Part shown: one piece after another, positions 17,686-30,107 of the stretch
Numbering within the stretch: the first letter of the stretch is position 1
Layout: every line of letters starts with the position of its first letter
Assembly: GCA_046292385.1 (NCBI GenBank)
Contig: JBKBRF010000006.1
Location: 32,001 to 96,000 of the forward strand
Reading direction: 5' to 3'
From: Armatimonadota bacterium
GTDB lineage: Bacteria; Armatimonadota; SYMT01
Length of the DNA: 64,000 nt
The notes under the pieces: generated by a model
Database searches by the model: none
What the model was told of the DNA's origin: nothing
What the model saw: only the letters and a program-made list of their open reading frames with translations
Program-made: the position numbers and the translations under genes

Positions 17686-20199
17686 ATGGCAACCGAAACC
17701 CAGGCACCCAGCGTCCCGATGGTGACGCTTTCCATAGACGGACGCGAAGTCCAGGTCCCCAAGGGCACCAACGTCATCGAGGCGGCCCGCAAGCTGGGGA
17801 TTCAGATTCCGTACCTCTGCTACCACCACCAGCTCACGCCGTTCGGCGGCTGCCGTCTCTGCCTGGTGGAGGTAGAGAAGGTGCCGAAGCTGCTCGCGGC
17901 GTGCAACACGCTGGTGGCGGACGGCATGGTGGTGCGCACCACCACCTCCAAGGTACGGGAGCAGCGCTCCGGCGCGCTGGAGTTCATCCTGCTGAACCAC
18001 CCGCTCGACTGTCCCGTGTGCGACAAGGGCGGCGAGTGCGAGCTGCAGGACCGCGTCTTCGAGCACAGCAACGCGATCTCCCGCGCCACCGAGCCGAAGA
18101 TCCACATCGAGGACTACGACCTCGGCCCGCTGGTGGTGCGGAACCAGGACCGCTGCATCATCTGCAAGCGCTGCGTGAAGGTGATGGAAGAGGTGGTGGG
18201 GGACCCGGTGCTGGAATTCGGCCAGCGCGGCATCACCACCGAGGTCTACACTTTCGAGCACGAGGAGTTCCGCCCCGGCTTCTCCGGCAACACCATCCGC
18301 GTCTGCCCGGTCGGCGCGCTGATGAGCAAGCCGTTCCGGTTCACCGCCCGCCCGTGGGAGCTCCAGAAGACCCCCAGCGTCTGCAGCCTCTGCAGCGTCG
18401 GCTGCAACGTCCGCCGCGACGTGCGGGAGAACAAGCTGCTGCGCGTGGTCGGCCTGGAGAACCCGCAGGTCAACGACGGCTGGCTCTGCGACCGCGGGCA
18501 GTTTGGCTACGACTACGTGAACAGCGCGGAGCGGCTCGCGGCCCCGCTCATCCGCCGCAGCAAGGGCGGCGCGCTGGAGCCGGTCTCCTGGGATGAAGCG
18601 CTCGGCTTCGTCGCCTCCCGCCTGAAGCAGGTGAAGGAAAGCGGCGGCGCTTTCGCGGCGCTCGGCTCGGAGCGGATCTGCAACGAGGACGCCTACGTCC
18701 TGCAGCAGTTCACCCGCGAGGTGATGGGCAGCGCCCACGTAGACCACCGCGCCGGCAGCACCCGCACCGGGTACCAGGCGCAGCGGCCGACCCCCGGCGC
18801 GATCGCCGCGCTGCCGAAGGCGGACGCGGTCCTCGTGATCGGCTCCGACGTCACCGCGGAAGCGCCGGTGCTCGATCTGGTGCTGAAGCGCAGCATCCTG
18901 CCGAAGAAGTCGAAGCTGATCGTCGCCAACCCGCGCGCCACCGCGCTCGACAAGTTCGCGGCGCAGACCCTCCAGTACCTCCCCGGCCGCGAGATCGCGC
19001 TGGTGAACGCGCTGGTGCAGGCGGTCCTGGAAGAGGGCGGCGCGGGAGCCTCGCTGGCGGGCATCGACGCCGTCCGGCAGGGCCTGGGTGGAGCCACGGT
19101 GGCCCAGCTCGCCGAATCGGCGGGCGCCACTGAAGCGGCGGTGCGCCAGGCGGCGAAGACGTTCGCCGGCGCGAAGCTCGGGAGCATCCTCTACGGCCAG
19201 GCCGCGGCGGACGGCCGCGACGGCGGCTACTTCATCGCGGCGCTGCAGAACCTGGCGCAGGTAGCGGGCCAGTCCGGTAAGGACGGCCACCTGCTGCTCG
19301 AGGTGGTGCGCGAGGCGAACACCTGGGGCGTGCGCGACCTCGGCCTGCTGCCGGACACCGGTCCGGCCGGGGCGCCCGTCACGCGCGGCAAGTCGACGAG
19401 CGAGATCATCCAGGCGGCGGCCGACGGCCAGCTCCAGGCGCTCTACGTCGTGGGCGCCAACCCGGCGGTCGAGCTGCCCGGCGGTGAGAAGGTCCAGGCC
19501 GCGCTCCGCAGCGTGCCGCTCCTGGTGGTGCAGGACCTGTTCCTCACCGAAACCGCGGAGCTGGCGGACGTCGTCTTCCCCAGCGTCGACGTCTCGGAGC
19601 GCAACGCGACGCTCACCAATATCGAGGGACGCGTGCAGCGGGCGGTCCGGTCGATGGACCCGCGGGGTGCCTCCAAGGAAGACTGGCGCATCCTGTCGCT
19701 CATCGCGGAAGAGATGGGGCAGCCGCTCGGATACACCACGGCGGAAAGCGTGCTGAAGCAGATCCGCGCGGCGTTTGCGGGCAAGAACGGGCAGGGCAAG
19801 CCGGCCGGCCTGCAGCGGGTAGAGACGCCCGCCGCGCTGGGCCGCGACGCTGCCTTCCCGCTCCGGCTCTTCACCGGCCGCCTGATGTTCGACCGCAGCG
19901 CCCTGCAGGGACGCTCCACCGTCATCCCCGGCCTGGCGCCCGATCCGTTCGTGGAGATCAATCCGGCGGACGCGCAGCGCTACGGCATCGAAGCGGACAG
20001 CCTGGTCACGGTGGAGACCGCCGTGGGAGCGCTCCGGCTCACCGCCCGCGTGAGCACGTCGGTGCCGGCCGGACACGTCTTCGTCCCCGAGGGGTACTCC
20101 GAAGCCCCCGTTTCGACGCTGCTGACGGAAGGCGCGTCCGTGGTCTCGTGCCGCATCGCCGGCCCAGAAGCACGCCCGGAAGCACGCACGGAAGCATAG
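17686..20199 (+). CDS. nuoG: NADH-quinone oxidoreductase subunit G
   Basis: N1b Cys, HPLDCPVCDKGGEC, CIICKRC and the N7 motif CSLCSVGC...LCDRG, followed by a molybdopterin-like domain. Confidence 0.95.
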   Translation: MATETQAPSVPMVTLSIDGREVQVPKGTNVIEAARKLGIQIPYLCYHHQLTPFGGCRLCLVEVEKVPKLLAACNTLVADGMVVRTTTSKVREQRSGALEFILLNHPLDCPVCDKGGECELQDRVFEHSNAISRATEPKIHIEDYDLGPLVVRNQDRCIICKRCVKVMEEVVGDPVLEFGQRGITTEVYTFEHEEFRPGFSGNTIRVCPVGALMSKPFRFTARPWELQKTPSVCSLCSVGCNVRRDVRENKLLRVVGLENPQVNDGWLCDRGQFGYDYVNSAERLAAPLIRRSKGGALEPVSWDEALGFVASRLKQVKESGGAFAALGSERICNEDAYVLQQFTREVMGSAHVDHRAGSTRTGYQAQRPTPGAIAALPKADAVLVIGSDVTAEAPVLDLVLKRSILPKKSKLIVANPRATALDKFAAQTLQYLPGREIALVNALVQAVLEEGGAGASLAGIDAVRQGLGGATVAQLAESAGATEAAVRQAAKTFAGAKLGSILYGQAAADGRDGGYFIAALQNLAQVAGQSGKDGHLLLEVVREANTWGVRDLGLLPDTGPAGAPVTRGKSTSEIIQAAADGQLQALYVVGANPAVELPGGEKVQAALRSVPLLVVQDLFLTETAELADVVFPSVDVSERNATLTNIEGRVQRAVRSMDPRGASKEDWRILSLIAEEMGQPLGYTTAESVLKQIRAAFAGKNGQGKPAGLQRVETPAALGRDAAFPLRLFTGRLMFDRSALQGRSTVIPGLAPDPFVEINPADAQRYGIEADSLVTVETAVGALRLTARVSTSVPAGHVFVPEGYSEAPVSTLLTEGASVVSCRIAGPEARPEARTEA

Positions 20200-20247
20200 A
20201 TCCGGCGCTGCCGGGCTCGTTCGGGAATAGCGGAATTGGAAACGAAC

Positions 20248-21582
20248 ATGCCGTTCGAGGTCGCGGCGATCGCGGCCCTCATCAAGATCGTAGTGGCCCT
20301 CGGCTTCATCATGCTGGCGGTCCCGATGCTCGTCTGGCTCGAGCGCAAGCTCATTGCGGACTTCCAGGCGCGCGTGGGGCCCAGCCGCGTGGGACCGTTC
20401 GGGCTGCTGCAGTCGTTCGTCGACGGCATCAAGCTCCTCACCAAGGAAGCGCTGCAGCCGGCGCAGGTCGACCGGCTGCTCTACTACCTCGGCCCGGTGA
20501 TGGTGATGATCCCCGCGCTGGTGGTGGGGGCGGTGGTGCCGTTCGCCGCGCCGCTGCAGGTGGGGGACTACGTCCACCGGATGGTGATCGCCGATCTTCC
20601 GATCGGGATCCTCTTCATCCTGGCGCTCACCTCGATCAGCGTCTACGGGATCGTGCTCTCCGGCTGGTCTTCCAACAGCAAGTACTCTCTACTCGGTGCC
20701 CTCCGCTCCGCCGCGCAGATGGTGAGCTACGAGCTGCCGCTCGGTCTTAGCCTCATCGCCGGCCTGATGATCGCGAGCTGGGCCGACCCGCAGGGCCTCT
20801 TCGGCCTGAGCCTGGTGCGGGTGGTGGAGGCGCAGGACGGCGGCATTTTGAACTGGGTCGCCTTCAACTACCGCTTCGGCTTCCTCGGGCTGATCGCCCT
20901 CGTGATGTTCTACATCTGCGGCCTGGCGGAGACGAACCGCGCCCCCTTCGACCTCCCCGAGGCGGAGACGGAGCTCGTCGCCGGCTACCTTACCGAGTAC
21001 GGCGGCATGAAGTGGGCGATGTTCTTCCTGGGCGAGTACGCGGCGATGCTGAACGTCGCGGCGGTGGCGACGACCGTCTTCCTGGGCGGCTGGCACTCTC
21101 CCTATCCGGAGAGCTGGCTCCCGATCGCGGTGAACTCGCTCCCGTACATGCTGCACGGGCTGCTCTGGTTCGGGCTCAAGATCTTCCTCATCATCGTGAT
21201 CTACATGTGGATTCGCGCTACCCTGCCGCGGATGCGCTACGACCACCTGATGAGCTTCGCGTGGAAAGGGCTGCTGCCCGGGTCGCTCGTGATGATCTTC
21301 GTCGTCGCGACGATCCTCACCGCCGCGCACGCGGAGCCGCCGCCGGCAGTGCTGCTGGGCCCGGGCGCGCAGAACGACCAGCGCCAGCTCCCCGCTCCGC
21401 CGATCGAGACCCCGGGCGGAGAGCCCGGAGCCCCCGCGGGCAACGCTCCCGCGGCCAATGCTCCCGCGGCGAACACGCCCGGAGCGGCGGCACCGGTCGG
21501 GAATGCCCCGGCCGAAGCGCCTGCTAACGCTAACAACCCGGCGGCACCGGCCGGAAACGCGCCGGCGCCGGGAGGACAATAG
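20248..21582 (+). CDS. nuoH: NADH-quinone oxidoreductase subunit H with Ala/Pro/Asn-rich C-terminal tail
   Basis: ERK..Q.RVGP, AETNRAPFDLPEAE and PRMRYD. Confidence 0.96.
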   Translation: MPFEVAAIAALIKIVVALGFIMLAVPMLVWLERKLIADFQARVGPSRVGPFGLLQSFVDGIKLLTKEALQPAQVDRLLYYLGPVMVMIPALVVGAVVPFAAPLQVGDYVHRMVIADLPIGILFILALTSISVYGIVLSGWSSNSKYSLLGALRSAAQMVSYELPLGLSLIAGLMIASWADPQGLFGLSLVRVVEAQDGGILNWVAFNYRFGFLGLIALVMFYICGLAETNRAPFDLPEAETELVAGYLTEYGGMKWAMFFLGEYAAMLNVAAVATTVFLGGWHSPYPESWLPIAVNSLPYMLHGLLWFGLKIFLIIVIYMWIRATLPRMRYDHLMSFAWKGLLPGSLVMIFVVATILTAAHAEPPPAVLLGPGAQNDQRQLPAPPIETPGGEPGAPAGNAPAANAPAANTPGAAAPVGNAPAEAPANANNPAAPAGNAPAPGGQ

Positions 21583-21588
21583 ATCACC

Positions 21589-22095
21589 ATGGCACTTCAA
21601 CAGGAAGTCGTCAGCCGCCGCCGGCGGTCCACCACGCTGGGCAACATCGGCGCCCTCGTGAAGGGGCTGCTCACCACCGCCCAGGAAGCGCTGGTCGGCG
21701 AGCGGGTGACGCAGAACTACCCGGAAGATCACTACGTGCCGTTCCCGCGCTGGCGCGGCCGGCACGTGCTGCGGCGCCACGAGAATGGGCTGGAGAAGTG
21801 TGTCGGCTGCGCCCTCTGCGCCGCGGCCTGCCCGGCGCACTGCATCCGCGTCATCGCCGGGGAGAATACCGACACGCACCGCATCTCCGAGGGAGAGCGG
21901 TACGCGGAGGTGTACGAGATTCACATGCTGCGCTGCATCTTCTGCGGCTACTGCGTGGAGGCGTGTCCCACGGAAGCGCTCGGCATGACCGGCGAGTACG
22001 AGCTGGCCACGTTCAGCCGCGAAGCGCAGCTCTACGGTAAGGAGCGCCTGCTGGAGCCCGTTCCGGTGAACGACGGCTCCATGAAAGGCGACTGA
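21589..22095 (+). CDS. nuoI: NADH-quinone oxidoreductase subunit I
   Basis: CVGCALCAAACP and CIFCGYCVEACP. Confidence 0.96.
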   Translation: MALQQEVVSRRRRSTTLGNIGALVKGLLTTAQEALVGERVTQNYPEDHYVPFPRWRGRHVLRRHENGLEKCVGCALCAAACPAHCIRVIAGENTDTHRISEGERYAEVYEIHMLRCIFCGYCVEACPTEALGMTGEYELATFSREAQLYGKERLLEPVPVNDGSMKGD

Positions 22096-22238
22096 GATTC
22101 GATTTGTGCCCGGCGCGCGGCGCGTCCGCGCGCCGTTAGCCTGTTTGCTTCAGAGGCGAAGCTAGGCGTTCCCGGAAGCCCCGCTTCCCGCCTGCTCGGC
22201 CTCGTCGACCCGTAACTCAACGACGGAGTCCTGCCCGA

Positions 22239-22793
22239 ATGGGTCTGCAAATCCTCTTCTGGATACTGGCCGGGCTGTCGGTCATCACCGCCCTCACGGT
22301 GGTGATCCACCGGAATCCCATGCGCGCCGCCCTGGCGCTGGTGGTGAACTTCCTCAGCCTCGCCGTCCTCTACATCCTGCTCAACGCGCAGGTGCTCGCG
22401 GCGCTGCAGGTGATCGTCTACGCCGGCGCCATCATGGTGCTGGTGCTCTTCGTGATCCAGCTCCTCAACCTGGGCGGGGAGAACGTGCGGGAGGACCCGC
22501 TCGGCATCGGCCAGCGGCTGGCCGCCGCGCTGCTGGGCATGCTGCTGCTCGGCGGCATCATGTACGGCATCAACGCCTACGCCGGCCGCGCGCCGGCCGG
22601 CGTCTCGCCGCGGCTGCAGCAGCTGCAGCAGGCGGACATCCCGCAGATCCAGATCATCGGCTGGGACCTGTTCACCCGGTACGTCTACCCGTTCGAGCTC
22701 ACCTCGCTGCTGCTGCTGGTGGGGGTGATCGGCGTGCTGATCTTCACTCGCCGCCGCACCACCCAGGTAACCCAAAATGGCCGCAATCCCTAA
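22239..22793 (+). CDS. nuoJ: NADH-quinone oxidoreductase subunit J
   Basis: [12 protein letters not shown] and [10 protein letters not shown]. Confidence 0.95.
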   Translation: MGLQILFWILAGLSVITALTVVIHRNPMRAALALVVNFLSLAVLYILLNAQVLAALQVIVYAGAIMVLVLFVIQLLNLGGENVREDPLGIGQRLAAALLGMLLLGGIMYGINAYAGRAPAGVSPRLQQLQQADIPQIQIIGWDLFTRYVYPFELTSLLLLVGVIGVLIFTRRRTTQVTQNGRNP

Positions 22794-23082
22794 CCATTAC
22801 TTCCTGGGCCTGGCGGCGGTGCTCTTCACCATCGGCGCGGTGGGGGTGCTGATCCGCAAGAACCCGATCGTGATCTTCATGTGCATCGAGCTGATGCTGA
22901 ACTCCGCCAACCTGGCGTTCATCACCTTCAGCCGCACGCAGGGGTACGACGGGCAGATCTTCGCATTCTTCGTGATGACTGTCGCCGCGGCGGAAGTCGC
23001 CGTCGGCCTCGGCATCATCGTCTCCATCTTCCGAGAGCGCCACGACATCAACGTGGACGAGGTCAACCTCCTCAAGGGATAG
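22777..23082 (+). CDS. nuoK: NADH-quinone oxidoreductase subunit K
   Basis: IELMLN and AAAEVAVGL. Confidence 0.96.
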   Translation: MAAIPNHYFLGLAAVLFTIGAVGVLIRKNPIVIFMCIELMLNSANLAFITFSRTQGYDGQIFAFFVMTVAAAEVAVGLGIIVSIFRERHDINVDEVNLLKG

Positions 23083-23138
23083 CGTTAGGGGCGGCCGGGC
23101 ATCCGCGGATGGGCCGCCCTTCTCGATGACGGAACAAC

Positions 23139-25427
<2,289 letters not shown>

Positions 25428-25463
25428 ACGCCCTGCTTCGCCCTTCAAGTACGTGAACGCCTC

Positions 25464-27236
25464 ATGAATCCCGAAGCCGTTCTCAACCTGGTGCTGTACC
25501 TCCCGCTCGCCGGAGCCGTGCTCCTGGCGATGCTGCCGCGGGATCAGCACGCCTGGCACCGGTACACGGCGCTCGGCATCGCCATCGCCACCATGCTGGT
25601 GTCGTGGACGCTCCTGTTCGAGTTCCGGACCACCAGCGATCAGGTGTACCAGTTCGTGCTCGAGGCGGACTGGATCCCGCAGTTCGGCATCAAGTACAAG
25701 ACCGGGGTCGACGGGATCAGCTTTACCCTGATCCTGCTCACCACGCTCCTCTCGACCATCGCGGTCCTCAGCTCGTTCGACGCGATCCAGAGCCGGGTGC
25801 GGGAGTACTACCTCTGCCTGCTGCTGCTCGAGACCGGAATGCTGGGAGTGTTCATGTCGCTCGACATGATCCTCTTCTACGTCTTCTGGGAAGCGATGCT
25901 GATCCCGATGTACTTCCTCATCGGGATCTGGGGCGGGGCTCGCCGGCGCTACGCGACGATCAAGTTCGTGCTCTACACGCTGGTCGGCAGCCTCTTGATG
26001 CTGGTGGCGATCGTCTGGGTCTACTACGCCTCCGCGCAGGCGGGGACCGGCACGTTCGACATCACGCTGCTGACGGACCCGCTCGGCCCGCTGCAGGCGA
26101 CGACGGCCCTCACGCCGGACGTGCGCTTCTGGCTCTTCCTGGCGTTCACCGCGGCGTTCGCCATCAAGGTGCCGATGTTCCCGGTCCACACCTGGCTGCC
26201 GGATGCCCACGTGGAGGCGCCGACCGCCGGCTCCGTGATCCTGGCGGGCGTGCTGCTGAAGATGGGGACCTACGGCTTCGTCCGGTTCTGCATCCCGCTC
26301 TTCCCGGACGTGGCGATCGACCTGGCGCCGTGGTTCCTGGCCCTCTCCGCGATCGGCATCATCTACGGCGCGCTGATGGCCTACGTCCAGGTAGACGTCA
26401 AGCGCCTGGTGGCCTACTCCTCGGTGAGCCACCTCGGCTTCTGCGTGCTCGGGCTCTTCGCCTTCACGGTGGAGGGGGTCGGCGGCAGCGTGCTGCAGAT
26501 GATCAACCACGGCCTCAGCACCGGCGCGCTGTTCCTTCTGGTCGGAATGCTCTACGAGCGGCGGCACACCCGGGACATCGCGGCGTTCGGCGGGATCTGG
26601 AAAGTGATGCCGGTCTTCACCGCGTTCTTCCTGATCACCACGCTCTCCAGTATCGGGCTTCCGGGGCTGAACGGCTTCGTGGGTGAGTTCCTGGTACTGC
26701 TCGGCACCTGGGGTGCGCCGGTGCGTGGGGCGCAGCTCTTCACCATCCTCTCCGCAACCGGCGTCATCCTTGGCGCGATCTACATGCTCTGGATGTTCCA
26801 GCGCGTCTTCCAGGGGCCGATCACTCACGCCGAGAACCGCAAGCTGAGCGACGTGAACTGGCGAGAGATCGCCGCGGTCCTGCCGCTGATCCTGCTGATG
26901 TTCTGGATCGGCGTGCGGCCGACTACGGTGACCCGCATGTTCGACCAGGCGGTCTATACCCAGGTGGTGCAGCCGGTCGACCGCGCCCGCATGCTGCAGA
27001 ACATGCCGGAAGCCGCCCCGTTCGGCGGCCAGGGGCTGCCCCCCGGCTTTGGCGCACCTCCCGGCGGGCTCCCACCGGGCTTCGGAGCGCCTCCCGGCGG
27101 CGGGGGGCTGCCGCCCGGCCTGATGCCGCCTCCCGCTCCGGGCGGAGCCCCGGAGGGAGGCTCGGCCCCGCCTCCCGCTCCCGGCGGCGCCGGCACGGCT
27201 CCCGCGGGCGGAGCCGGTAGCGAGGGATCCCGCTGA
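25464..27236 (+). CDS. nuoM: NADH-quinone oxidoreductase subunit M with Pro/Gly-rich tail
   Basis: FYVFWE and KVPMFPVHTWLPDAHVEAPT. Confidence 0.96.
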   Translation: MNPEAVLNLVLYLPLAGAVLLAMLPRDQHAWHRYTALGIAIATMLVSWTLLFEFRTTSDQVYQFVLEADWIPQFGIKYKTGVDGISFTLILLTTLLSTIAVLSSFDAIQSRVREYYLCLLLLETGMLGVFMSLDMILFYVFWEAMLIPMYFLIGIWGGARRRYATIKFVLYTLVGSLLMLVAIVWVYYASAQAGTGTFDITLLTDPLGPLQATTALTPDVRFWLFLAFTAAFAIKVPMFPVHTWLPDAHVEAPTAGSVILAGVLLKMGTYGFVRFCIPLFPDVAIDLAPWFLALSAIGIIYGALMAYVQVDVKRLVAYSSVSHLGFCVLGLFAFTVEGVGGSVLQMINHGLSTGALFLLVGMLYERRHTRDIAAFGGIWKVMPVFTAFFLITTLSSIGLPGLNGFVGEFLVLLGTWGAPVRGAQLFTILSATGVILGAIYMLWMFQRVFQGPITHAENRKLSDVNWREIAAVLPLILLMFWIGVRPTTVTRMFDQAVYTQVVQPVDRARMLQNMPEAAPFGGQGLPPGFGAPPGGLPPGFGAPPGGGGLPPGLMPPPAPGGAPEGGSAPPPAPGGAGTAPAGGAGSEGSR

Positions 27237-28792
27237 TGTTTCCGAAGACTTCCGACGTACTGGCTATCCTGCCCCAGATCTTCGTGGCGGTCCTCGCCAT
27301 GTTCGTCCTGCTCACAGACGCGATCTGGCCCAAGGTCTCCAAGCGGGTCCTCGCCAACGTGGCGGTGCTGGGCCTGGTGCTCGTCTCCGCCTGGGTGATT
27401 GCGACCTGGCCGGGCCGCGAGGCGGTCCCCGCGCTCCAGAACATGGTGCTGAACGACCGCTACACCGCGTTCTTCAACCTGGTGATCCTGGGCGGGACCG
27501 CGCTCTCGATCTGGATGTCGATCCAGTTCCTCGACCGCGAAGGCGGGCAGATGGGCGAGTACTACGCCCTGCTGCTCTTTACGGCGGTCGGCGGGATGGT
27601 GATGGGCGCTTCGATCAACCTGATCTGCGTCTTCATCGGGCTCGAGATCCTGAGCATCGCGCTCTACATCCTGTCGGGCTACCACACGCACCGGCTGGAG
27701 AGCGATGAGGCGGCGCTGAAGTACTTCCTGCTCGGCTCCTACGCCTCCGCGTTCCTGCTCTTCGGCATCGCGCTGGTCTACGGCGCCTCCGAGTCGCTCG
27801 ACATCCGCCAGATCTCAACCAACCTCGGCAACCTGGCGGTCGGCGGCGCCGATCCATCCAAGAACTACCTGCTCCTGGCCGGGATCGCGCTGATGCTGGT
27901 CGGCTTCGGGTTCAAGGTCGCCGCCGTGCCGTTCCACATCTGGACGCCGGACGTCTACCAGGGCGCGCCGACCTCCGTCACCGCGTTCATGTCGGTGGTC
28001 GCCAAGGCGGCCGGCTTCGCGGCGTTCCTGCGGGTGATCGCCACCAGCTTCCAGGACCCGAACCTGCAGCTCCAGATCTCCGCGGTGCTCGCCTCCGTAG
28101 CGGCGCTCACGATGCTGGTGGGGAACGTGGTTGCCTGCGTGCAGACCAACCTGAAGCGGATCCTCGCCTACTCCAGCATCGCGCACGCCGGCTACATCAC
28201 TGCCGGCCTGGTGGCCGCGGTGCGGGGCGGGGGGATGTCGATGCTCGGCGACGATCCTCGCCAGAGCGCCATCGCGGCGGTGCTGTTCTACGCCGCGGGC
28301 TATACCGTGAGCAATCTGGGCGCCTTCGGCGTGCTGTTGGCGCTTCGCAAGCGCGGGGAAGAGGTGCAGGACCTAAAGGACCTCGCCGGAGTCGGCTTCC
28401 GCCACCCGTGGCTCGCCGCGCTCCTCACGCTCTTCCTGCTCTCGCTGGCGGGGCTCCCGCCGTTCGTCGGCTTCTTCGGCAAGCTCTTCCTGATCCAGGC
28501 GCTGATCGAGATGAGCAGCCCGCTGGTCTGGCTGATCGTGCTCTTCGTGCTCACCAGCGTGGTCTCGTTCTACTACTACCTGGGCCCGGTCCGCGCGATG
28601 TACATGCCGACGCCGGAAGAGGACGAGGGTGCCGTCACCACTGTCACCGCGGACGGGCACCTGAAGCTGGCGCTCGCCGTCGCCGCGATCGGCACCGTCC
28701 TGCTCGGCCTCTGGGCCGGCGGCGTGTTCGGCGTAGCGCAGCGGGTGGCGGAGAGCTTCTTCACCTCCGGTATCGCCAACACGATGCCGTAA
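27236..28792 (+). CDS. nuoN: NADH-quinone oxidoreductase subunit N
   Basis: EAALKYF, FKVAAVPFHIWTPDVYQGAPT and SLAGLPP. Confidence 0.96.
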   Translation: MFPKTSDVLAILPQIFVAVLAMFVLLTDAIWPKVSKRVLANVAVLGLVLVSAWVIATWPGREAVPALQNMVLNDRYTAFFNLVILGGTALSIWMSIQFLDREGGQMGEYYALLLFTAVGGMVMGASINLICVFIGLEILSIALYILSGYHTHRLESDEAALKYFLLGSYASAFLLFGIALVYGASESLDIRQISTNLGNLAVGGADPSKNYLLLAGIALMLVGFGFKVAAVPFHIWTPDVYQGAPTSVTAFMSVVAKAAGFAAFLRVIATSFQDPNLQLQISAVLASVAALTMLVGNVVACVQTNLKRILAYSSIAHAGYITAGLVAAVRGGGMSMLGDDPRQSAIAAVLFYAAGYTVSNLGAFGVLLALRKRGEEVQDLKDLAGVGFRHPWLAALLTLFLLSLAGLPPFVGFFGKLFLIQALIEMSSPLVWLIVLFVLTSVVSFYYYLGPVRAMYMPTPEEDEGAVTTVTADGHLKLALAVAAIGTVLLGLWAGGVFGVAQRVAESFFTSGIANTMP

Positions 28793-28815
28793 GGCCGGGG
28801 CCGCCTGGAACGCAA

Positions 28816-28850
28816 CGAGGGGAGGTTACCGTGCGGGTAACCTCCCCTCG
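28816..28850 (+). terminator. Stem-loop after the nuo operon (putative terminator)
   Basis: Perfect 15-bp inverted repeat CGAGGGGAGGTTACC-gtgcg-GGTAACCTCCCCTCG, 24 nt after the nuoN stop. The U-tract is weak. Confidence 0.6.
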
Positions 28851-28899
28851 CTCCACTTTGGCCCGTGCTGTCCGGAGTGCGATGGCGGCTGCCGGAGTC

Positions 28900-28953
28900 G
28901 CGCCTGCGACTAAAGTCGAGGCTACAGAGAGCAAAGCCCGCCTGCGCGGGCTC
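28900..28953. repeat. REP unit (GTAG-hairpin plus AGCCCGCCTGCGCGGGCT)
   Basis: GCTACAGAGAGCAAAGCCCGCCTGCGCGGGCT is nearly identical to the copies at ~47913 and ~62225. Confidence 0.7.
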
Positions 28954-29299
28954 AGACCCGCCGGTCCGAAAGGCCGGCGTTACTTCATCCGTACCCCTCT
29001 GGGAAGCTTTCGCGGGAGGTAAAGCGGCTGGTTGGCACCCCGTGGCGGCCTACCCCCCCCCCAACTCTCCCCCGTGCGGGGGACAAGCCTTCCCTGAAGT
29101 GGAAGGGGGAGTAGCAGCATCATATCCATAGCTCCCCTCTCCTCTCAGCAGAGGGGCTGAGGGTGAGGCCGCGACAGACGGACGCCCCTCTCGCCGCGGG
29201 TACCGCCTAACGCTGCCGAACGAGGGGCTCCGCTTGGCGCACCCACTCCGCACAGACCTACACGCTACACCCTAACCGCTGCACCCTGTCCGCGACCCG

Positions 29300-29788
29300 T
29301 TAACGATAGTTGATGAACTGCAGGTCGACCGGCAGATCCGCCCCGCGGAGGAGCTGGATCACCGCCTGAAGGTCGTCCTTGTTCTTGCCGGAGACGCGGA
29401 CCTGGTCGCCCTGGATCTGCGTGGTGACCTTCTTGCCGCTATCCTTGATCAGCTTGGCCACCTTCCGGGCGGTATCCGAATCGAGGCCCTGCTTCAGCTT
29501 CACGTCCTGGCGGACGGTGCCCTTGGTGGCGGGCTCGAGCTTGCCGTACTCCAGCGACTTGAGCGAGATGCCGCGCTTCACCATCTTGCCCTGGAGCACG
29601 TCCTTCAGCGCGTTCAGGCGGTACTCGTCGTCCGAGTGGAGCTTCAGCGTCTCGCCTTCCAGCTCCAGGCTGGAGACGGAGTTCTTGAAGTCGTAACGGT
29701 TCTCGATCTCCCGCTCCGTCTGCTGGATCGCGTTCTTCAGCTCCTGCATGTCGATCTTCGAGACGACATCGAATGAGTAGTCGGCCAT
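29300..29788 (-). CDS. yajQ: YajQ family cyclic-di-GMP/nucleotide-binding protein
   Basis: SFDVVS, RYDFK, IQGDQVRVSGK..DDLQ and LQFINYR. Confidence 0.95.
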   Translation of the reverse strand: MADYSFDVVSKIDMQELKNAIQQTEREIENRYDFKNSVSSLELEGETLKLHSDDEYRLNALKDVLQGKMVKRGISLKSLEYGKLEPATKGTVRQDVKLKQGLDSDTARKVAKLIKDSGKKVTTQIQGDQVRVSGKNKDDLQAVIQLLRGADLPVDLQFINYR

Positions 29789-29893
29789 CGCTCTCCTCCC
29801 TCGCAGCGGGACAGGCTGCCGGTCCTACCCCGGCGCGGTGTTACCATACCACTCGCCCGCGCGCCTGTCAGGCAGTGCGAAACCGCCCGACGC

Positions 29894-30097
29894 GTGTAAG
29901 AAAAGGAGATAAGGGGATGGAGGGGGATGGGGGGATGGAATAACCCCCTGCTCACGCGCCGTGGGGTTACCGCGGCCCCGAATTGATAAGACTACCCGGC
30001 GCCGCGCGCTCCGGGGGCTCAGCATAAACCGCTTGCCTCCACCTGGATCAAGATATCCCCTTATCCCCCTTCATCCCCGCTATCTCCTTTCTTACAC
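29894..30097. repeat. MITE-like element with GTGTAAGAAAGGAGAT / GGGGAT-rich inverted ends
   Basis: Left end GTGTAAGAAAAGGAGAT, right end ATCTCCTTTCTTACAC, with mirrored GGGGAT / ATCCCC tracts. Confidence 0.7.
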
Positions 30098-30107
30098 TTC
30101 CGAAACC

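Noticed and set aside
20168..20197. 12-bp tandem repeat at the end of nuoG (EARPEARTEA)
   Set aside because: It is a short in-frame slippage with no evident significance.
29045..29170. CCCCTCTCC..GAGGGG..GGGTGAGG palindromes (also ~7605-7690) as an ncRNA
   Set aside because: They look like degenerate copies of another REP-like family, with no specific RNA signature.
29961..30107. N-terminal extension of the type III PKS ORF
   Set aside because: It is translated repeat DNA (YPLIPLHP). The ATG at 30108 is the more plausible start.
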